Below, piece by piece: positions 53,657 to 64,000 of a DNA stretch of 64,000 nt. Below the pieces are notes generated by a model that saw only the letters and a list, made by a program, of their open reading frames with translations, did no database searches and had not been told where the DNA came from. The DNA lies in NCBI GenBank assembly GCA_964016885.1, contig OZ024740.1, positions 162,998,001 to 163,062,000 on the forward strand. Reading direction: 5' to 3'. Made by a program: the position numbers and the translations under genes. This DNA comes from Eledone cirrhosa (Eukaryota). Each line of letters starts with the position of its first letter. The stretch's first letter is position 1.

Positions 53657-54682
53657 CATCATCATCATCATCATCACCGTTTTACATCCGCTCTTCCATG
53701 CTAGCATGGGTTAGACGGGTTGTCCTGTTGTGGGCAGTGTCTGGTCAGCTGACCATGCCTTGCTCATACAGGAACTGATTTGGCTTGATTTCTACAGCTG
53801 GATGCCCTTCCTAACACCAACCTCATTTACAGTGAGTGCTGGGTGCTTTTTCGTGGCGCCTACACATCCACTTTACAGTGTGGGCTGGGTGCTTTTTTGC
53901 CGTGGCACCTCCACGACCACCTTGCGGTGGGGGGGGGGCATATTGTCTATATGCTTCAGCTTGTACCCATGGGAGGTCGGGTACTCTGTATTACTGCGTG
54001 ACGCCAGAGGTCACGGTCATGTGTCATTGCCTTTGAGAGGTGTAATTGGGTAAGGTCGGCTTTTATCACCTCATCCCAGGTCATCTTGGGTCTCCCCACT
54101 CCGCGGTTTCCATCGACTTCTAGTGCTCTGCACCTTTTTATGCAGCTGTCATCTTTCATACGCATCACATGTCCATACCACCGCAACCGCCTCTCCTGCA
54201 CACAGCATTTGATTCCTCTTATGCTCAGTCTCTCTCTCAATTCATTTATGCTTTGTCGTTCACCTATATTACTGTTACACATCCATCGGAGCATGCAGGC
54301 TTCGTTTCTCTCTAATCTACGTAAGTCTTCCACCTTCAGCGTCCAGGTCTCACTACCATGCAACATTGCTGTTCGGATACACGCATCATACAGTCTGCCT
54401 TTCATTCTGAGGGAGAAGCCTTTTGCAGCTAGCAGTGGTAGTAGTTCCCTAAACTTCTTCCATCCCGTTCTTACCCTAGTTATTGTACTTTCTGAACACC
54501 CACCTCCGCTGCTAATTCGGTCACCTAGGTAGCAGAAGCTGTCTACTGTCTCTACAGAGCCCTCCCAGAGATTGGTGTTACTTGTTTCCTGTGGCTGTTT
54601 GCTGCTTGCTGTCCCAGCACAGCTGCTGCATGTGAAGCCTACATTCTTAATTAAGCTTCCTGAGATCCCGCTACATCTCTTG
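53657..54682 (-). mobile_element. RTE LINE family B, 5'-truncated, open frame
   Basis: ORF track 53956..54714 has LINE sequence from KRCSG to the stop; 3' UTR and (GAT)n tail follow. Confidence 0.95.
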
Positions 54683-54943
54683 AATATTGAAAATAATTTG
54701 TTCTTGATGTTCAAATTGTTGTTGCTGTTTAACCCCAGGTCAACCCAGATTAAGCAGTGATATGATCAAAACCAGTCCAGCAATGGTTATTCCATTTTTA
54801 TAAGTTTATGTAAGACTGATTACAACATCTAATGTGTCCTATCTTTATTTATAACAATAGGATGTAATTTAAAAGAAATTTAATTGTTATTCCTATTAGA
54901 TTGAGTGATCATATAGAGGTTTCTTGGTTCATAGTGACTAGAG

Positions 54944-55089
54944 TAGGCATAAGCAACCTTTTTTTAGCAGTGGGCCACATAGGATGTGGCTCATGATAAG
55001 GCGGGCGACACTACTAAAAAGTTCAAGGCAATTTTGAAATTAGTTGTGCCATTCAGAAGGCTAAATGAGCCACTGATTACCCATGACTG
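54944..55089. mobile_element. hAT-like MITE
   Basis: Perfect 8-bp TSD gactagag (54936-54943, 55090-55097); imperfect TIRs. Confidence 0.8.
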
Positions 55090-55737
55090 GACTAGAGTGT
55101 TATAATGCTATCTACTTTTATCCTTTTTACAAAAAACTTAGTTAGTTGACTGAAGTATGAGTTGAACACACAAAAATAAAAAGAAACTTGATAGTATCTA
55201 ATCTGGCTCTGTGTTCAAATTCAACTGAACTTGTATTTAAATAATGGGTTACCACATAGATGACAGTAGCAGTGATACTGCAATGACTTTATAATGTGAA
55301 GTATATCTTAGAGGTCACCTTTATACTATTGGTAGAGGAACATATGACGTTTACATATTTTGGTAACTCATCAAGAAAACAATGTGATATTTATTATCAA
55401 CTCACCCGACACACAAATACATAACCACAACATTCTTTTCTGTTTATATCTAAACACACACACATAAATATATATATATATATATATATAAATACATACA
55501 TATATACATAGATATGCATAAACATACATATATACATACATAAGTTAATATATAATATATATATATAAGACAGTGAGATGGATCCGTAGTAATGAAATTA
55601 ATTAACATGGAGTTACATAACTACTATCGATTAGTCACTATATTGATTTATCATGATCAATCAGCCTTCAGAAACGATCGTAAAACAAAGAACTGATTAA
55701 GCTCTAAACTTTGCCTTTTGTTTTCATTGTTCAACAC

Positions 55738-55874
<137 letters not shown>

Positions 55875-56605
55875 TTCTCATATTCACTATGAGAATCATG
55901 TTTCAAGTATACTAAAATTCCACAGAAATAAACTTGGAAGCTAAGGCTTGATGCAAAGAAATTATATTGATATATTTGTGTTTGTACAAGTGGAAACTAA
56001 TATTAAATGCACATGAAAAAAACCTATGTGTGTAAGGTAAAAAAAAACATCATCATAGTTGTAATTTTCTTTACCTTACATATGATAAACACAATGCACA
56101 CACCTAACACAAGAGTAAAGACCTGTCAATGCAAGCATGAAAAAGTGGACATAAAATGGTGATGATGATGATGATGTATATCTGTGTGTGGGGGGGGGGG
56201 GGGGGGGGATATAAATATGGGTAATTATTAACATTTTTCCTGGTCTTTTTACTGACTGAGCCGATTATCAATTTAATGTTAGCTGTATTACTTTTTGTTG
56301 ATGACCATAATTAATTTATAGGACAAATCAATAACGATGTCTTTATTGGATGATTTGATGATTGCTAGTCACTGATCATATTGAACTATTGTTGACTGCC
56401 CTGATGAATTTGTTCAATTTTTACCACCTCACTATCTAATCCCGCAGAGATATACTGTGCAACTGATTAACCCCAGTTAGCATTGAATAGTACAGTGAAT
56501 GGCACGATGTTTCAGTACCATACATTGCATGAAGCACCTCATGGTATAGTGATTTTGTCAACCTACTAATGTGTATGAGTGTGTGTGTATATATATATAT
56601 ATATA

Positions 56606-57005
56606 TGGAGTGGGGAGATCCAAGAAGACCTGGGATGAGGTGATAAAAGCTGACCTTGCCCAATTACACCTCTTAAAGGTGATGACATAGGACCGAGACC
56701 TCTGACGTTACGCAGTAATACAGAAGATTCAACTTCCCATGGGTACAAGCTGAAGCTGAGGCATATAGACAGTATGCCCCCACTCCCCTCCCACTGTAAA
56801 GTGGTCATGTAGGCGCCACGTAAAAGGGCACCCAGTACTCACTGTAAATGAGGTTGGTGTTAGGAAAGGCATCCAGCTGTAAAAATCAAGCCAAAATCAG
56901 TTCTGTATGAGCAAGACATGGTCACCTGATGTGCATTGCCCACAACAGGACAACCCGTTTAACCCATGCTAACATGGAAGAATGGATGTAAAACAGTGAT
57001 GATGA
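56606..57005 (+). mobile_element. RTE family B 3' end
   Basis: GVGRSKKTWDEVIKADL plus 3' UTR and tail. Confidence 0.9.
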
Positions 57006-57027
57006 TATATATTATACATATATATAT

Positions 57028-57262
57028 TCATCATCATTTAACATCCATCTTCTATGTTAGCATGGGTAGGACTGGCTGTCCCTTTGTGAGGGATCAGGCC
57101 GGGGGACTGTGATTCACTCACACAGAAATGGTTTTGCCTGGGTTTCTATGGCTGGATGCCCTTCCTAACACCAACCACATTTACAGCGTGGACTGGGTGC
57201 TTTTTGTTGTGACACCTACACGACCACTTTACAGTGTAATTGGGTGCTTTTTGTCATGACAC
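57028..57262 (-). mobile_element. RTE-type 3' module (third variant), tail-to-tail with the previous element
   Basis: (CAT)n, the ggatgcccttcctaacaccaacc motif and tandem units. Confidence 0.85.
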
Positions 57263-57283
57263 ACACACACACATATATATATA

Positions 57284-57316
<33 letters not shown>

Positions 57317-57502
57317 CATAAGTAGAAAGTAACTATATGGATATATACTCACACATACATATAAAAATGTATATACACATATACATAGAATTAACTATAG
57401 AGACTCAAAATTGCCAATCAATAAAAATGTAGCCTTCAATCAATGAACACATTTCTTTTCTCCTTTGGGCTTTCTTTTCATCAGGTAATTGGTTCTAATT
57501 AA

Positions 57503-57670
57503 TTGTTTCTATTTTAGGCACAAGGCCAGCAATTACCCACTACATTACTGGTACTTTATTTTATCGACCCCGTAAGGATGAAAGGCAAAGTTAACCTCGG
57601 CAGGATTTGAACTCAGATCGTAAAGGGACGTAACTATGCTGGAAAGCATGTCCGACCCTCTACCAACTCT
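57503..57670 (-). mobile_element. Young Meta-type SINE
   Basis: Close match to 19395-19560. Confidence 0.9.
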
Positions 57671-60600
57671 GAAGATATACTGCACTCACTGATACTTAGC
57701 AATGTTCAGTATATATTTGTTTCCTTTTTATTCTATTTCATTTCATTGTCTTTGCATTAGTATGATTTGACTGCTGTATTGAAACAATTGTAAGGTATTA
57801 AATGATTTAAGAAACCTAATTCACCATATGAATTAGTTACATATATATAAATATAAATATAAAATAATTGGAGAATATACAGATTGGAAAATGTCAATAA
57901 GTAGCTGTCACTATATGGAATTCTGTCTTATGTAGGGAAAGTGGATAAAAAAAAGTATAGTGTACTATAAGAATATAAAAAAACACCCACCAATCTTTCT
58001 TCTAGCTTCCTTGCACAACACAAAATATTGAAGGAGTCTCTAAGTAGTCACAACCACATCTCTTTCAAACCACACCCTACCATTTTACAAAGTGGAAGAT
58101 ATATGAATGTCAAAGATAATATAATCCTGGATACAGTATACCTTAAAGAAAGATGAGATGTAAATGGCTTCAACACCTTTGAGCACAGGATTGGTCAATT
58201 AGAGGTGACTTGGGGTTTAACAACAAAAACATAGAGAAGCATCCATTTAAAAATCCTCAACATCAGTAGAACAAATTACTACCACACAGAATATGGCTCT
58301 GAACTAATAACATTTGTTGATGATATGTGCATTATTTGAAATTAAGTTAATATAAAATGATTGATCAAAGAAATGTGATCTTCCCATCAAAGAAAAATTC
58401 TTTCACTGATTCTTAACCAGAAGTAACCTGAACAGTCACTAAATTTCTCTATGTGAACTATCAGAAGAACCACTTCATTGGTATGCTATGGATTTTCTCA
58501 CTGCAATAACATGTAATCAACAGCCATAACACCCAGCTGCTCCTATTTTTCACTTACATTCCACATACAAACACAGTTTGTCTCTCTGTTATGCAAGTTG
58601 TATGTACAAGTGTATGCATGCATGTATGTGCAGAGATATCACAGCCTATTACTTCAGATTAATAACTCTAAAAATTACATAAGCTGCTTTGAGAAGAATA
58701 TTTCCATAGAAGAGACTGGCAATCAGTGCAATAACATAACAAATAACATTTTACTATTAAGCTTGTGAAGAACTGTTGCTCATTTCAATTTTAAACAATT
58801 GTAAATTCTATACAAAACAAAACAATTTCATATGGTATGTCTATTGTGTTTGATAGGGCAAGGGTTAATAAGCCACAGTCTCAAGCAAACAGCCATTGAA
58901 AAAATTAATCATAACAACATTCCAGTCTGGTTAGTGTTGTCTTATCCAAAATTTAAAATACATCAATTTGAAAAGTAATTTATACTGTTACCAGAGTATG
59001 AAAAAGTAACAAATAACAAACAGACCAGAAGACACATGCAGGTGATCGGAGAGACAGAGATTCAAACAGAGACTCAAATTATTGCAGCTTTAAGTTAAGG
59101 ATTTATTTAACTGTTGGCAACCAATGACAGTGAACTGCTTCCCTATGTTTCAACTTTTCTGCTTGATACGAAACTGTTAGAAACTGTCCTTAGTTCAGTG
59201 ATACATAGTTGTTAAGTATTGTCCCAAACACTGGATGAATAAGAAAATTAATTATATTACTAAATCACTCCAACTTGATTATTTTAAAAATTATTTGAAA
59301 ACATAGCGAGTGTCTTTCAATAGAAATATGCCAACAAAAGAGTTAAAACTCTATACTATATATTTTCTAGCAAATCCAACAATGTACAAATATTCCAATA
59401 TAAGCAAATATTTGCAGATGGAGGACTTGTCACCTGAAATATATATTACAAACAAATAATTATGGAGTAGAGTTTAAATACTATAAATATAATTGTTGAT
59501 ACAAAACATTGTAACACTAATGAAACGAATAGTGATGCAAACAAAAGGGTGAAATTAAGTCAAGTTGATTAAAATCTAAAGTAGGGCAGTGTCCATAACT
59601 CTTTTCAGAACCTGAATGATTGATGACAGGAAAGCATCTTCAGACTGGAGACCTGGTCCCAATAATAAAGGCACATATGAACCAGGTAGTGATGTTTGGG
59701 CAACAAAGTAAATCTAACCACTTATATAATTATGAAAAAATAAAATGAATTTTCAAGATAGAGTTGCATAACAACTTCTGCACTGATACACAATGATAAT
59801 ATAATACTCAGTTTCTTAAGCATATTACATGAATAAGCTAAAGACTAGATACCCATATAATAAGAAAAATATCCAGCTGACAGATTTTAGAAGTCAACCT
59901 ATTTATAAAAAGTAAGAAAAATAGAAAAAGAAATTCCAGTTTAGCTAAACTTCTGTTAGTCACTTTTTGTTGATTTTTATTAATCAATCAAGAGCTATTT
60001 TTAGCTAAAAAAAAATAGAAGATAATTCTGACCAATGGAGCTGTATGATTTATTACATACAAGAAAACATGAATTTAGCTAACGTTTTCTTTTTTTATTT
60101 TTCAATGTGATTTATGGCTTTGAATCTTATCTAAAATTGCATCAGTGTCCCATCATAAGTCATATCTTTTATTTTAGTACAATATTGCAGATATAATAAA
60201 ATAAAATCTTCAGAGTGCCTAAGAACCACTCTAGATAGGATAAAGAGCCACATGTGACTCTAGATTGTTAAAATTGATGCATTTGGTAATAACTCGAGTG
60301 AAAGAACTATTCTCCAATAAACTTTAAAATAAGCATTCAAGTCTTTTCTCTTATTAAGGCTCTTCCATAATGCTCATAATAGTCCTTATTTTGTATTTCT
60401 GTTATTGTTATTGCTGCTGTTGGTAGTTTTATTATAATTGTTATTTTCATTGTAGTATCTGACTTAACAGCATTGTATATAGATAGGTCTACAATATAGA
60501 CAATTTACAAGATGCATCTACCACACACTACCTATATCTACCATATTTTTGTGAGTTTTAAGTAAATAAGAGTTAGTCTAACTACATCTCTCTCTCTGAG

Positions 60601-60983
60601 ATTCCCCATTACCACCACCACTATATCTCTACATACATCTTTTCTCCTGACATGTCCTAACCAATGCAGACATAAGTCTTCTATCAAACAATGGTTTAAT
60701 ACTTGCAGTCATTTACAGAACTCATTTCTTATACAATGTACACCAGTGGATCATTACACACACACATATATATATTCATACGTAAACACAGAGACACATG
60801 AGTCTATACATATATTTATATATCATGCATATTCATAGACACAATAGCACAGAGTCAACAGAATCAACAAATGTTTTACGGGTACTATTTAGATGCGTGT
60901 AGATACATGTGAGCGTGTGTGTGTGTGTGTGTGTGTATATAACCAGCCTATACACTCATAAGCATCATCACCAATACCACAAG

Positions 60984-61023
<40 letters not shown>

Positions 61024-61053
61024 GTAGTAACACAATAGTTAGTTCACCATACT

Positions 61054-61090
61054 GAGAACAATTGTTTCACATTATGCGGATCTTCAGCTC
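61054..61090 (-). ncRNA. Minimal hammerhead-like motif
   Basis: GAG CUGAAGA UCCGCAUAAUGU GAAA CAAUUG UU CUC; palindromic stem III ACAAUUGU, weak stem II. Confidence 0.55.
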
Positions 61091-61253
61091 GGACTTCGAC
61101 ATTCCTGATGATTTCATACTAATGAAACAATTCTATTCCTGTAGAAGTCATTTCTATATATAATAAAGATATATACATATAATAAAGATACATACATATA
61201 TATATATATAGACATACATATATACACGTTGGTAAAGTACAGGCATCATTATT

Positions 61254-61352
61254 GAGGTTAACTTTGCCTTTCATCCTTACAGGGTCGATAAAATAAAGTA
61301 CCAGTAATGCACTGGATAATTGCTGGCCTTGTGCCAAAAGTAGAAACAATTA
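61254..61352 (+). mobile_element. 5'-truncated young Meta-type SINE
   Basis: Core and tail match 39067-39165. Confidence 0.9.
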
Positions 61353-61396
61353 TTATATATAGAAGTGACTTCTGTAGGACGAGAACTGTTCATCTC

Positions 61397-61436
<40 letters not shown>

Positions 61437-61438
61437 TA

Positions 61439-61485
<47 letters not shown>

Positions 61486-61487
61486 TA

Positions 61488-61520
<33 letters not shown>

Positions 61521-61984
61521 CAAAGGGAGATGAACAAACAGAGAAACTGCAAAAAAGAAGTCTTCAGTCAAGTATTAATTGAGCATATTGCAATGTTTTG
61601 GTACGGTTTCTATAAAACAGTACTTCAACTAATGTTCAAAATACAAAAGCAAAAAAACAATATTCATAGAAAGAAAGAAATTTGGTGTAATAGATATTTT
61701 GGTCCAATAATTTAATCAGCACTTCAGAAATAGCTGACTGTGGAATACAGATTAAGAATTCTAATAGAAGTAGGTTTAAAGAACTGCATCTCATTCTAAA
61801 AACACTTGACATTGAGACATCATGTAATATAATGTGATTGTTAAATCATCACTCATAAACATAACATGAACAAGGCAAGTATGAAATAACACATGAAACA
61901 AGTGAAATCAGAAATGCTGAATAAGGGATGTTGTATTAATAGCAGCCAAACTTTGGATGGAAAATAAAAAGAGACAACTGAAGT

Positions 61985-62218
61985 ATATGACTGCTGGGTA
62001 AAGAAGTGCCAAGAAATCCCAGTAGAAGGAAGACGAAGTAGAGGAAGACCGGGAAAAACATGGGTTGAGGTGATGAGAGCAGACCTCGGATCGCTGACGC
62101 TCACAGAGGAGATGACGAAGGATCGTGACAAGTGGAAAGATTCTGTGCTGAACAGGACCCGTCCCACCCTTGCAAGCAGGGAAAAGTGGACGTAAAATGA
62201 TGATGATAATGATAATGA
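61985..62218 (+). mobile_element. RTE LINE 3' fragment with no long 3' UTR
   Basis: KKCQEIPVEGRRSRGRPGKTWVEVMRADL...RTRPTLASREKWT* directly followed by (ATG)n. Confidence 0.88.
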
Positions 62219-62275
62219 TTAACATTGAGTTCACAAACTGGTGAACCTTCAGTAACTAAACATTACACACTAATA

Positions 62276-62316
<41 letters not shown>

Positions 62317-62371
62317 AAGACATTTTTTCCAATTCCAACCCGCCCCCTCAATCTATCTTATTCTCATTCTT

Positions 62372-62407
62372 TCTTCTGATAGAGGACTAGCGTCCGAACC
62401 GTTAAGA
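62372..62407 (+). ncRNA. Degenerate hammerhead-like motif in a TA-flanked island
   Basis: UCUU CUGAUAGA GGAC-UAGC-GUCC GAAC CG UU AAGA; stems I and II pair, and the core has two deviations. Confidence 0.5.
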
Positions 62408-62505
62408 CCCTCTTCCTGCTATATCAAGCGTTAACCTAATATATCCCTTCCATATACTGTACCGATTGTGTTGTTATTTCTGTTTGCCTTTTACATATAT
62501 ATATA

Positions 62506-63198
<693 letters not shown>

Positions 63199-63310
63199 CG
63201 AAGGAAATGTGGTAAGGAACCAGGTGGACCATAACGCACCAAAGTACTCAATACTTGAGGTAGTAGAGTGGGTAATAGGAACCAGTAAGATATATATATA
63301 TATATATATA

Positions 63311-63849
63311 TAGACGGTAGCCACGGAGTAGGCAGACCCAGAAAAACCTGGGACGACTTGATAAATTCCGAGCTCACACACTTACACCTCTCCAAGACAA
63401 TGTCACTGGGCCGAGATCTTTGGCGCTACACAGTAATACAGAAGACCCGCCTTACCTAAGCACAAAGTGAAACATACTACAGTCAGTAGGCACCTCTAAC
63501 AAAAATACACCCCCTCCCACTACCCCACTGCATCCACACCATCCCTTTCAATGTAAAGTTATGTTGGTACCACAACATCCAGTCCGAAACAAATGAGGTC
63601 GTGTAGGTGTCACGACAAAAAAAAAAAAACACACAGTCCACGCTGTAATGTGGCCGTGTAGGTAACATGGTAAAAACCTCCCAGTCCACACTGTAAACGT
63701 GGCTGGTGTTAGGAAGGGCATCCAGCCGTAGAAAACCCGCCAGACAGTCCTATGTGAGCAAGACAACCAGTCTTGCCTCTAGTGGGAAAACTTCCGTCCA
63801 AACCCATGCAAGCATGGAAGATGGACGTTAAACGATGATGATGATGATG
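63311..63849 (+). mobile_element. RTE family A 3' end
   Basis: Matches 10850-11397. Confidence 0.93.
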
Positions 63850-63922
63850 ATATATATACATATATATATACATATATACATACATATATATATACATATA
63901 TATATACATATATATATAGATA

Positions 63923-64000
63923 TAGATAGGTAAATATACACGGGTGTGTATGATTGTGTATAGAAGATTATATTAATAAGAGGAATTCCAACTTTGTCTG
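63923..64000. mobile_element. Second copy (cut by the window edge) of the 33.5-kb hammerhead-bearing element
   Basis: 77/78 identity to 33531-33608; again abuts (TA)n. Confidence 0.9.

Noticed and set aside
56490-56550. Minus-strand hairpin followed by GAAA
   Set aside because: The CUGANGA core is absent.

Overview
AT-rich, microsatellite-dense animal genomic DNA. The repeat content (RTE LINEs with (ATG)n tails, tRNA-derived Meta- and CORE-type SINEs, TTAA MITEs) is most consistent with an octopod cephalopod; this is an inference. The only host gene I can support is the 5' end of an SLC4-family bicarbonate transporter on the minus strand. It has two coding exons (22810-22664 with ATG at 22763, and 22044-21928), which the ORF track misses. 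They splice to MSKPEQSSRMETEAVRDLGTFVHSHTTSDADIQDHRSQETVYIGLRVPRSRRHRKRHHRHHRKDESKELFKT. Most of the window is therefore probably intron of this gene, and nearly all listed ORFs are LINE fragments or microsatellite artefacts. The main signals are: (1) a 395-bp near-perfect palindrome at 33577-33971 with a minimal hammerhead ribozyme motif in each arm (Penelope-like), plus further hammerhead-like motifs at 61.0-61.1 and 62.4 kb; (2) a minisatellite in the short SLC4 intron that forms an array of consensus 5' splice sites; (3) RTE LINEs with a PHD finger inside the RT region and an apparently SINE-derived 3' module; (4) a rearranged head-to-head RTE composite at 8.3-11.4 kb. Coordinates were read by eye, and boundaries of degenerate repeats are approximate.
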